This document shows positions 31,687-39,989 of a DNA stretch of 64,000 nucleotides, one piece after another. Location of the stretch: positions 1,248,001-1,312,000 of the forward strand of contig CAVSTP010000004.1 of NCBI GenBank assembly GCA_963730935.1. Direction: 5' to 3'. The stretch's first letter is position 1. Every line of letters begins with the position of its first letter. The stretch comes from an uncultured Nitrospiraceae bacterium. GTDB taxonomy: Bacteria > Nitrospirota > Nitrospiria > Nitrospirales > Nitrospiraceae. Under the pieces are notes generated by a model. The model saw nothing but the letters and a program-made list of their open reading frames with translations, searched no databases and was not told where the DNA came from. A program made the translations under genes and the position numbers.

Positions 31687-32829
31687 TCAGAAAACAGGTA
31701 TCCTCAGCTCAGACCCAGAGCTGCGCTCGGCTAGGCTGAGTTTTCTGTTGACGAGGATATTCACTATTCTTCCAGCGGTATGACCGTCCCAGCCATCCGG
31801 TATACCGCCTTTCACCCAGTCACCGGCCAAAGCCCTGTCCGCTTCCTCCAGAATCCGTTTTGTATCAGTACCGACAACACGATTAGTTCCGACAGTCACG
31901 GTGACAGGACGCTCCGTGCCTTCTCGCAGTGTCAAGCACGGAATGCCGAGGACGGTCGTCTCCTCCTGAATGCCTCCAGAGTCCGTGATCACCAATGCCG
32001 CGTCAGCGAGTAAGCTCAAGAAATCAAGGTATCCCAGCGGATCGAGCAACACCAATCGCTTATCATCTACTTGACTCTCTAAACCAAACGCACTTATTCG
32101 GGCACGAGTGCGGGGGTGAACAGGAAACACCACAGGTTGTTTTTGCGACAATCGTCGAATGACCGCAACAATGTTTCTGAATGTCTCTTCATTGTCCACA
32201 TTGCTGGGGCGATGTAAGGTACAGAGCGTATATTCCTTTGTCTGTAGGCCGTGACGAGCCGCGAGCGAACGGGCTCGGGCCGCGTGTTCATACCTACGCA
32301 GGGTATCAATCATGATATTGCCAACCTGAAACACTCGATCACTGGGTGTACCTTCGCGCCTGAGATTCTCGTCACCATCCTTCGAGGGAGTAAAAAGATA
32401 ATCCGACAGTGCATCGGTCAGAACTCGATTCACTTCTTCCGGCATCGTTCGATCGAAACTTCTCAGCCCGGCCTCGACATGCGCCACCGGAATTCGGCAT
32501 TTTGCCGCAGCAAGCGCACAAGCGAGAGTCGAATTCACATCGCCTACGACAATGACACAATCCACGGAATGATTGGTGATGTAGTCTTCGAAGGCGAGGA
32601 GGACCTTGGCCGTTTGCTCGGCATGAGTTCCCGATCCGGCCTTCAAATAGATATCAGGCGAGGGCATTTCCAAATCCTCGAAAAATGCTGCTGACATGAG
32701 ATAGTCGTAATGCTGTCCCGTATGCACGAGGATAGCTTGGACATCCCTGGCCTTCTTAAAGGCCTCCATCAACGGAGCAACCTTCACAAAGTTAGGTCGG
32801 GCTCCTGCGACAACAACAAACTTAATCAT
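31687..32829 (-). CDS. wecB: UDP-N-acetylglucosamine 2-epimerase (non-hydrolysing)
   Basis: GARPNFVK, HTGQHY, HVEAGLRS, TDSGGIQEE. Confidence 0.95.
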   Translation of the reverse strand: MIKFVVVAGARPNFVKVAPLMEAFKKARDVQAILVHTGQHYDYLMSAAFFEDLEMPSPDIYLKAGSGTHAEQTAKVLLAFEDYITNHSVDCVIVVGDVNSTLACALAAAKCRIPVAHVEAGLRSFDRTMPEEVNRVLTDALSDYLFTPSKDGDENLRREGTPSDRVFQVGNIMIDTLRRYEHAARARSLAARHGLQTKEYTLCTLHRPSNVDNEETFRNIVAVIRRLSQKQPVVFPVHPRTRARISAFGLESQVDDKRLVLLDPLGYLDFLSLLADAALVITDSGGIQEETTVLGIPCLTLREGTERPVTVTVGTNRVVGTDTKRILEEADRALAGDWVKGGIPDGWDGHTAGRIVNILVNRKLSLAERSSGSELRIPVF

Positions 32830-32873
32830 GGCCGATCCTCATGAGTTAAATAGGACTACATACGGCGAAAGGG

Positions 32874-33608
32874 CTAGTGGCCGGAGGCAGTTTTTTGCAG
32901 CACCACGAGCAGTCGAAAAGCAAGAAAGCGGCTGCAACATTTCAGCCATCTTTCACATTGTAAAAGCGTATCCAACAGCCATAATGGCACTAAAGACGGA
33001 CGATCGAATCCGCCGCTGAGCGGATAGGCGAAGAACGCCAGACGTTCGTGGGCGAGCTTTGCCAGATTCGGGTACAGGTGGCGGAACTGCTCATAGGAAC
33101 GCTCAAACAGGATGCTCGCAACGGCCTGATTGGCATCGAACGGGTGTCGCTGCGACAACGGGGAGACGATCGCGAGCGGGTCGCGCCTGAAATCCATGGG
33201 CTCCGGGTGCAGGAACCGATAGATGGGCCAGGAAAGCGCGGACACATACGGGTCCATGATCACGATCCGACCGCTTGGCACGAGGACGCGAAGGGCCTCG
33301 TCAAAAAAGTACCGCACGTTTTCCAGATGATGTAGTACATCGAACAGCACGATGTTTGAGACGCTCTTGCTGCGAAACGGCAGATGCTGGGCATCGACAA
33401 GCGCATCAAGCCAAGGCATTCTCACGACGTCTGTGCACAGCACATGGGGAGAAAATTCCTTCAAGTTCCCTGTGCCTCCTCCAACTTCAACCGTCAGTCC
33501 GGGCGTAAGCCACCGGCAAATCTCCTGGTACCACGAAGCATACAGTCGTCTCAGCACAGGCTTTTGTGTCCAGACGGTGTGATGGCGGCGCAACACGTCT
33601 TCAGACAT
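32874..33608 (-). CDS. Class I SAM methyltransferase (copy A; first ~204 aa identical to 35223-35939)
   Basis: VEVGGGTG, FDVLHH; lies largely within the direct repeat. Confidence 0.85.
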   Translation of the reverse strand: MSEDVLRRHHTVWTQKPVLRRLYASWYQEICRWLTPGLTVEVGGGTGNLKEFSPHVLCTDVVRMPWLDALVDAQHLPFRSKSVSNIVLFDVLHHLENVRYFFDEALRVLVPSGRIVIMDPYVSALSWPIYRFLHPEPMDFRRDPLAIVSPLSQRHPFDANQAVASILFERSYEQFRHLYPNLAKLAHERLAFFAYPLSGGFDRPSLVPLWLLDTLLQCERWLKCCSRFLAFRLLVVLQKTASGH

Positions 33609-33861
33609 CAGACGGCTTTCAGGCGAAAGAAGCCATACACGGTCATCTTGAGCAGCAACCAGCCGTGCTGAAACCGATTGATGTTCGTCGTTCCATACGT
33701 ACGCTCCTGATATCGGATCGGCACCTCGATGATTTTCAAATTGAGCTTCGAGGCGCCGAACAGCAAATCAAAGTCGCCGAACGGATCGAAATCACCGAAA
33801 TACTCCCGGTTGGCGGCAATCCGCTCGTAATCTTTGCGGAATAGGACCTTGGTTCCGCACA
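32995..33861. repeat. 867-bp direct repeat, copy 1
   Basis: Matches 35326-36192 at offset 2331; identical ORF translations in several frames; both boundaries read base by base. Confidence 0.95.
33608..33861 (-). pseudogene. Duplicated 3' fragment of the GT2 domain of 35939-37396
   Basis: LCGTKVLFRKDY...FFRLKAV identical to the C-terminus of the 485-aa ORF; no N-terminus. Confidence 0.9.
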
Positions 33862-33937
33862 AGATTTTTCCTCCAGTACCCTGCGCCGACCACCGCAACC
33901 TGGGTCACGCCTTCAGATTGGGATTTGTGAACAGCAT
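33852..33937 (-). pseudogene. 5' remnant of a Gfo/Idh/MocA oxidoreductase
   Basis: VAVVGAGYWRKNLVRN resembles the family start GxGYWGKNLxRN; AAGGAG RBS with an out-of-frame ATG at 33937; cut at the repeat junction. Confidence 0.75.
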
Positions 33938-33991
33938 GAGCACTCCTTGGTTGGATCGAACGATAATCAATCACAGGTAAAAACGCTTTGC

Positions 33992-35194
33992 TTATTCAAG
34001 CTTGATTTTGCTAACTACATGTTCAGCAAAGGGTAATGAGGACGTAAACGCTGGAGAGACAGCATTCAAAATATGGGTAGACTTAACACCGGACTCGATC
34101 ACGAAATCATTTACCAATTCCGCGGTCTTTGTCTGAACGAGTTGAGCCCTAATTCCTGGCTCTTTGCCGGGCAGGAGATCCGCCGCCTCGAACCCCACGG
34201 CCAGTCCCCGTGCCTCCCGAAAGAATCCAGATGTAGATACCTTCAATATCTCACGCCAAGCGATAGATCGGAAATGATCCTGATTTCGAGTGAATAACCT
34301 GAACAAATATGTCGCCATCGCCAATCCGTCCTTCATTGTGATTCCTCTGAGCCCCCGATATTGTTCTCGCCCCAGCAACGGAAGCGCCGATGGCCCTATT
34401 GTGATATTTCCTTCAGGACGACGAGTGAAGTGGACACCCAAGAATGGATTCCTGAGATCGGGCACGGGATAGATGTTTCCACGCACTGTGACCTTGGACT
34501 GAGGCCTCAGCTGATAGAACTGTCCACGAAACGGAAGGATTCGATACTCGCGCCCTGCCTCATGAGCCCAGGCAATTCGGTCTGCGAACAGGCCGGCACA
34601 GTTAACCAAGTGACCATAGGCGATCCTGCCTTGAGAGGTGTGCGCCAAGTCCTTTCCCTCACGACGCCTCCACATACATCCCATCTGCAAATTGACGCCT
34701 TCCCGACGAGCATCATCGACCAAGGCATCCATAACGCGCTGTGGATCTACGACGGCAGTATCCTTGACGTACAGCGCCTGATCAATGGTCTTCGCGCAAG
34801 GTTCGATCTCCTTGAGCGTTTGGCTATCAACCAATTCTGACCGCACACCATTAGCTTGCGATCGCGCAAACAATTCTCGTAGTGCCGACAATTCTTTCTC
34901 GCTTCTAGCGACGATGACCTTTCCGTTGTCGTTGAGAGGGATTTGCTTCGTCACACAATATTCACGCATCAGCCGGTTGCCTTCAACACACAGCCGTGCT
35001 TTGAGAGTTCCAGCCTTGTAGTAGACGCCCGCATGAAGCACTCCGCTGTTCCTTCCGCTCGCATGCTGGCCTGGTAACGGCTCTTTTTCAATTACCATGA
35101 CCCGAGCATGGTGACGGCGGCGTAACTCTCGTGCGATCGACACGCCGATGATGCCTGCGCCGACAACGAGGAAATCACAGACCTTATCGGTCAT
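33992..35194 (-). CDS. lhgO: L-2-hydroxyglutarate oxidase-like FAD oxidoreductase
   Basis: FLVVGAGIIG, SGRNSGVLHAG, YPVPD, FLGVH, GIRAQ, SPAFT; true start at MTDKV (or 35215). Confidence 0.85.
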   Translation of the reverse strand: MTDKVCDFLVVGAGIIGVSIARELRRRHHARVMVIEKEPLPGQHASGRNSGVLHAGVYYKAGTLKARLCVEGNRLMREYCVTKQIPLNDNGKVIVARSEKELSALRELFARSQANGVRSELVDSQTLKEIEPCAKTIDQALYVKDTAVVDPQRVMDALVDDARREGVNLQMGCMWRRREGKDLAHTSQGRIAYGHLVNCAGLFADRIAWAHEAGREYRILPFRGQFYQLRPQSKVTVRGNIYPVPDLRNPFLGVHFTRRPEGNITIGPSALPLLGREQYRGLRGITMKDGLAMATYLFRLFTRNQDHFRSIAWREILKVSTSGFFREARGLAVGFEAADLLPGKEPGIRAQLVQTKTAELVNDFVIESGVKSTHILNAVSPAFTSSLPFAEHVVSKIKLE

Positions 35195-35222
35195 AATCCC
35201 TGGACTGGGCGGCATGCTCAGG

Positions 35223-35939
35223 TCACGCTTTTTCCACGAGCAACCGGAACGCGAGCAGGCGGCCCAAACGACGGCACCATGGCTCGAACTGGAGGAGCGC
35301 GTGGATGGACCACTCCGGAAGAAGCGACGGACGATCGAATCCGCCGCTGAGCGGATAGGCGAAGAACGCCAGACGTTCGTGGGCGAGCTTTGCCAGATTC
35401 GGGTACAGGTGGCGGAACTGCTCATAGGAACGCTCAAACAGGATGCTCGCAACGGCCTGATTGGCATCGAACGGGTGTCGCTGCGACAACGGGGAGACGA
35501 TCGCGAGCGGGTCGCGCCTGAAATCCATGGGCTCCGGGTGCAGGAACCGATAGATGGGCCAGGAAAGCGCGGACACATACGGGTCCATGATCACGATCCG
35601 ACCGCTTGGCACGAGGACGCGAAGGGCCTCGTCAAAAAAGTACCGCACGTTTTCCAGATGATGTAGTACATCGAACAGCACGATGTTTGAGACGCTCTTG
35701 CTGCGAAACGGCAGATGCTGGGCATCGACAAGCGCATCAAGCCAAGGCATTCTCACGACGTCTGTGCACAGCACATGGGGAGAAAATTCCTTCAAGTTCC
35801 CTGTGCCTCCTCCAACTTCAACCGTCAGTCCGGGCGTAAGCCACCGGCAAATCTCCTGGTACCACGAAGCATACAGTCGTCTCAGCACAGGCTTTTGTGT
35901 CCAGACGGTGTGATGGCGGCGCAACACGTCTTCAGACAT
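35223..35939 (-). CDS. Class I SAM methyltransferase (copy B)
   Basis: VEVGGGTG, FDVLHH; coupled to the upstream GT gene. Confidence 0.85.
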   Translation of the reverse strand: MSEDVLRRHHTVWTQKPVLRRLYASWYQEICRWLTPGLTVEVGGGTGNLKEFSPHVLCTDVVRMPWLDALVDAQHLPFRSKSVSNIVLFDVLHHLENVRYFFDEALRVLVPSGRIVIMDPYVSALSWPIYRFLHPEPMDFRRDPLAIVSPLSQRHPFDANQAVASILFERSYEQFRHLYPNLAKLAHERLAFFAYPLSGGFDRPSLLPEWSIHALLQFEPWCRRLGRLLAFRLLVEKA

Positions 35940-36192
35940 CAGACGGCTTTCAGGCGAAAGAAGCCATACACGGTCATCTTGAGCAGCAACCAGCCGTGCT
36001 GAAACCGATTGATGTTCGTCGTTCCATACGTACGCTCCTGATATCGGATCGGCACCTCGATGATTTTCAAATTGAGCTTCGAGGCGCCGAACAGCAAATC
36101 AAAGTCGCCGAACGGATCGAAATCACCGAAATACTCCCGGTTGGCGGCAATCCGCTCGTAATCTTTGCGGAATAGGACCTTGGTTCCGCACA
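35326..36192. repeat. 867-bp direct repeat, copy 2
   Basis: Matches 32995-33861. Confidence 0.95.
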
Positions 36193-37396
36193 GCGTATCT
36201 TTGATCCGCTCACCCAAAAGCCAGCTGAATGCCATGCTGAAAAACTTGTTTCCGAGCAAATTCAGCAGCCGCATCGCCCTCTGCTCCATCGGGTACACCA
36301 GGCGACTGCCGTTGATGAACTCTCCTTTGCCATGTGCGATCGCATCATAAAACTTGGGAAGGTCTTCCGGCGGCATCGTGAGGTCAGCATCAAGAATCAT
36401 CAGGATGTCTCCAGTGGCCGCGGCAAATCCTTTTCGAACCGCATCCCCTTTTCCTTTGCCCTCCTGGACGAACAGCTTGATGCCCTTGTCGGGATACTTT
36501 TTGATGATGCGTTGGATTTCCTCGACGGTGCCATCGGTGGAGTGCCCATCGACAAAGATGATTTCCTGATGAGCTCCGAACGCGGGAATCCGAACAACAG
36601 CCGCTTCAATGTTTCCCATTTCATTACGGCAAGGGATGACGATGCTGACAGAGTACGCCTGACCGGCTTGCAACCCGCGCACCCTCGCGACCACATACTG
36701 TGCCAGAGAAAGCCGGTTGATGCCTGGAAGAATGACGGCAAATCGGTTCAATAACGGGGCGATGAGCGGGATGTGTTTCGGCAACAGGAACCGATTCTCG
36801 ACCTTCACGACTTCATAATCGGCGAGACGCAAGAGGTTCCGAATATCGGCCGGTGAAAGCCAGTTCTGCTGTTGTTGCGGCATCTTTAGCCCCAGTCGTT
36901 CGGCGACACGCAACAGGGGCTCCCACAGAAAGTTGTAATAGACAATGATCACTCGCGTATGCGGCTCGCAGAAGCGGCGAAGTGTTTTCAACGTGGATTC
37001 GACATCGAGCAGATGACCGATCACATCGAGGAGCAAAATGACGTCGAAGGTTTCGCTGCCATTCAGTTCATCCACATCAATGGCTCGGAATTCGATGTCT
37101 GGATGTCGCGCCACCGCCTGTTTGATCATTGCGGCGCTGAGATCAATCCCCAAGCCGCGTTTTGGCTTCAACCCGGCGAGCTGGTCCCCCAATCCACAAC
37201 CCACCTCTAGAATATTCAGTCCTTCCGGCACTAAAAACCGGAGATAGTGCAGCTGATCTTCATAGTAATAGCGTGCTCGTTCCTGCCAGCGTGTCCGCTC
37301 AAGCGACAACCGGTCAAATCGTTCTGAAATTTCATGCTTACGAAGCTGGTCTCGTTGCATGTGTGTAACCCCAGGACCTCGCGCGAGCGAGGCCAT
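35939..37396 (-). CDS. Methyltransferase-GT2 (polyprenol-phosphate glycosyltransferase-like) fusion
   Basis: LEVGCGLG N-domain; VIPCRNE, VDGHSTD, GKGDAV, LDADL, DTLCGTK C-domain. Confidence 0.88.
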   Translation of the reverse strand: MASLARGPGVTHMQRDQLRKHEISERFDRLSLERTRWQERARYYYEDQLHYLRFLVPEGLNILEVGCGLGDQLAGLKPKRGLGIDLSAAMIKQAVARHPDIEFRAIDVDELNGSETFDVILLLDVIGHLLDVESTLKTLRRFCEPHTRVIIVYYNFLWEPLLRVAERLGLKMPQQQQNWLSPADIRNLLRLADYEVVKVENRFLLPKHIPLIAPLLNRFAVILPGINRLSLAQYVVARVRGLQAGQAYSVSIVIPCRNEMGNIEAAVVRIPAFGAHQEIIFVDGHSTDGTVEEIQRIIKKYPDKGIKLFVQEGKGKGDAVRKGFAAATGDILMILDADLTMPPEDLPKFYDAIAHGKGEFINGSRLVYPMEQRAMRLLNLLGNKFFSMAFSWLLGERIKDTLCGTKVLFRKDYERIAANREYFGDFDPFGDFDLLFGASKLNLKIIEVPIRYQERTYGTTNINRFQHGWLLLKMTVYGFFRLKAV

Positions 37397-37402
37397 GTCC
37401 GG

Positions 37403-37927
37403 CTACTGAATCGGCGCCACGTCAGCCGTATCGATTTCCACCGCGGCCGCCTGCTGGATCAGACGCACACCGAGGATCAAACGATGCCGCTTCTCTTTAC
37501 GAAGCAGAATCCCGTGAAGCCCTTGGAGCGGCCCTCTAATGACTTCGACCTTCATGCCTTCCTGAAGATAGGGATGCGGATCGTACGGGAGGACGCTCGC
37601 GATCAGGGTCTGGATCGCCGTGATTTCCTCATCAGGAATTGGTTCCGGACGCTGCCCGCCGCCTACAATATCCACGACACCGACGGTCTTGAGGACCGGC
37701 AGCTTCTGATCTGAAGTGAAGCGGACGAAGCAGTAGCCAGAAAACAGTGGCACCTCGACCTCTTTCTTCCGATCTTTCCATTGATTGAGACGCTTGACGG
37801 TCGGCAGCAGCGGCTCGATCCCTTGCTGCACCAGCTGGTCGCGCACCATCTTTTCATGCCGCGACCGGGTCCGCAGCGCATACCAATGAAGACCGGTGAT
37901 CTGGTCTGGTCTCGACTCTGTAGACAC
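37403..37927 (-). CDS. UpxY/LoaP/RfaH-type NusG-paralog transcription antiterminator
   Basis: WYALRTRSRHEK, PLFSGYCFV (NGN domain), GMKVEVIRGPLQG (KOW domain). Confidence 0.9.
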   Translation of the reverse strand: MSTESRPDQITGLHWYALRTRSRHEKMVRDQLVQQGIEPLLPTVKRLNQWKDRKKEVEVPLFSGYCFVRFTSDQKLPVLKTVGVVDIVGGGQRPEPIPDEEITAIQTLIASVLPYDPHPYLQEGMKVEVIRGPLQGLHGILLRKEKRHRLILGVRLIQQAAAVEIDTADVAPIQ

Positions 37928-37997
37928 AGCTTCGCCCTCTCACTTACAGTGCCTTACCGGTTCCCGATCCTTGAGGGAGTTCCGTCACTCCCCGACT

Positions 37998-38585
37998 CTA
38001 CTGTCGCAAACCCAGTCTCAGCAGTTTCTCGCGAGGAATGCCGGACTGCACCAGCTGTTCTTCGTAAGCCGCCGCATGGTCAAAATCGGCAATCAGGACT
38101 CGATCCAATTGCCACGCCGTGATCTGGTCCGGTGAAGAGACCGGATGCGAAAGAAATGTGTCACGCGTGTTCCCGTCGACGAATCCAATGCAATCGATGT
38201 TCATCTCCCGCAGCGCCAAATACGCCAATTCTGCAAGCTCTCCCGTGCCGCAAATCGCGACACGCTGCCCTTTGGTCCATTCGAGTGAGGACAACATGTC
38301 TTTGAGGCGCCCCCGCATGTCGCGGTAGTAGGACAGCGAATATTGCATGTACTGATACGTGAGGCGGGATTTCTCGGCAAATCCCTGTGGCGTGAGGAGA
38401 TAGCGGATCCGATTGCGTTGAATGGTCGTAATCTTAATGTACCCTTTGCGAGCCAGGCGCTTGAGATACAGGTTGGTCAAACCAAGGGCGACCCCGAGCT
38501 TGGTCGCGAGCGTGCGTTGCGTAGCCCCGCCGTTGCGATCGAGCTCGCTTAGCAGTAAGAGATCACGTTGGCCTTGTAAATCCAT
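37998..38585 (-). CDS. Winged-HTH (EPS-associated MarR-like) regulator with C-terminal Rossmann-like domain
   Basis: TQRTLATKLGVALGLTN, YLLTPQGFAEK; RVAICGTGELAE. Confidence 0.85.
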   Translation of the reverse strand: MDLQGQRDLLLLSELDRNGGATQRTLATKLGVALGLTNLYLKRLARKGYIKITTIQRNRIRYLLTPQGFAEKSRLTYQYMQYSLSYYRDMRGRLKDMLSSLEWTKGQRVAICGTGELAELAYLALREMNIDCIGFVDGNTRDTFLSHPVSSPDQITAWQLDRVLIADFDHAAAYEEQLVQSGIPREKLLRLGLRQ

Positions 38586-38611
38586 GAAATACGCGGGCAA
38601 ACTGGCGAAGC

Positions 38612-38647
38612 GTTCACAATATGAACAAAAAAGCTAAAACCTGTCAA
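38612..38647 (-). promoter_or_regulatory. Sigma70-like promoter with overlapping palindromic operator
   Basis: Minus strand TTGACA-N18-CATATT; GTTCA-N5-TGAAC inverted repeat at 38612-38626 covers the -10. Confidence 0.65.
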
Positions 38648-38693
38648 GTGGGTTTGAGACGGGGCGATAATTGGAGGCACAGGGATCAGGTGA

Positions 38694-39686
38694 TCAACGC
38701 ACGTGCGGTTGCGCAGCGGTCTTCTCGATGCCTGACTCCCGTTTGACCGCATGGATGGTCAGTTCCGTCCCGTAACCAAGCCGGCCGGCGACAAAGGATA
38801 ACGGGCCGGCAATCAACCCCTCGATGAGCTTCCGAAAAGGCAACTCTCTCCCGAAACGGTGCTTCCATACCCGATCCAGGCTCGCCATCAAAAACACTGA
38901 ACTGACCGCCGTGCGAACGACCTGTGCCGAAAACCCAGCTTTGGCGAGAGCACCCGTCAGGCTTGCGCGGTCAAAATGGTAGAAATGTCTCGGAGGATCA
39001 AGCTGAAACCACCAGCGGCCGAACAGTTTGAACTCGAGACTGTGGACGTTGGGTACATGGATCACCAGTAGACCGTCCTCCTTGAGAAGCCGGCGGATCC
39101 GCCGCAAGGTTTCAACGGGGCTGGGAAAATGTTCAAGTGAATGGCTCATGAGCACGAGATCAAATGCGCCGGGAGGAAACGGCGCCGACTCGACGATACC
39201 AGTGTGGATCTGTCCCTTAGTCAGCCCTCGGGCATGAGCGGCGGCAATCTCGCTGATCTCGATACCGTGAGGTTCCCATCCCTGATCTTGCAGGGTCTTC
39301 AAGTTCCCGCCGGCCCCGCATCCGACATCCAACATCTTCCCCTGGCCTCTCCAGGGCAAGGGGTAGCGCCCTTTCAGCTCCCGCCATGTCTTGTCCGGCC
39401 ATAACAGAGCTTTTCTCACCGGCCGCCACCAGGCGGCCCCACCCGACGAAGGATAGTCGTAATAGTCCTCCAACACCCATTGCTTGAGCCGCGAAGACAA
39501 TCGCTTCAAAAATTTTGGCCTAGACTTGGCTTGTACCGGAGGGTAATAGTCAGTCGGATAATACGACCCCAGAAGATCGTTCGAGGGACGCGGATTTAAA
39601 TAGACCAGACCGCAGTTGCGGCATTTCACAATGGTAAACTGGTCTCTACTGACTTCCAGCAGCAGATCGCCCTGTTTCACCATCAC
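38694..39686 (-). CDS. Class I SAM methyltransferase with N-terminal Zn-ribbon (5' end uncertain)
   Basis: CRNCGLVYLNPRP, LDVGCGAG, HSLEH, PPRH; first CDLC lies upstream of the annotated start. Confidence 0.82.
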   Translation of the reverse strand: MMVKQGDLLLEVSRDQFTIVKCRNCGLVYLNPRPSNDLLGSYYPTDYYPPVQAKSRPKFLKRLSSRLKQWVLEDYYDYPSSGGAAWWRPVRKALLWPDKTWRELKGRYPLPWRGQGKMLDVGCGAGGNLKTLQDQGWEPHGIEISEIAAAHARGLTKGQIHTGIVESAPFPPGAFDLVLMSHSLEHFPSPVETLRRIRRLLKEDGLLVIHVPNVHSLEFKLFGRWWFQLDPPRHFYHFDRASLTGALAKAGFSAQVVRTAVSSVFLMASLDRVWKHRFGRELPFRKLIEGLIAGPLSFVAGRLGYGTELTIHAVKRESGIEKTAAQPHVR

Positions 39687-39989
39687 GTCAGATTGGTTTG
39701 AGTGGCAGAGATCGCAGAAGACTAACTCGATTCTAGGTTCACCTGTTTCCGTTCACGGATTGCCGCATTACCAGCTTTATTTTACGGATCTGCGCATGAT
39801 CAGTCTTTCCTTCTATTCCATAGTCGGGGAGAACCTAGAAAAGGTTACACGGGGCAGAATGACGCGCTTAGCCGTGATTCAAGTAGCTTCGGATATTAAT
39901 AGGCGAGCACAAATTCCAAACGCGTTTACGCGGCTTGCCCACGCAAGAAAAAATCTTACGCAGCCCCAGTTATGTAAGGCAAGGGGCAT

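Noticed and set aside
33608..33898. 96-aa ORF as an independent gene
   Set aside because: Chimera of an out-of-frame oxidoreductase remnant and the duplicated GT 3' end
35216..35578. Long N-terminal extension of the 528-aa lhgO ORF
   Set aside because: It is an alternative frame of the MTase gene; the FAD-binding motif starts just after 35194
37928..37997. Canonical RfaH ops/JUMPStart element
   Set aside because: Only a weak CCGGTAAG resemblance; no GGCGGTAG consensus
37988..39831. 10-bp inverted repeat (CTCCCCGACT / AGTCGGGGAG) as an invertible promoter segment
   Set aside because: Too short to be significant and no site-specific recombinase in the window
31209..39955. 17-bp exact match CCACGCAAGAAAAAATC at about 31209 and 39939
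   Set aside because: One copy is inside a CDS; a single match of this length is plausible by chance in 64 kb
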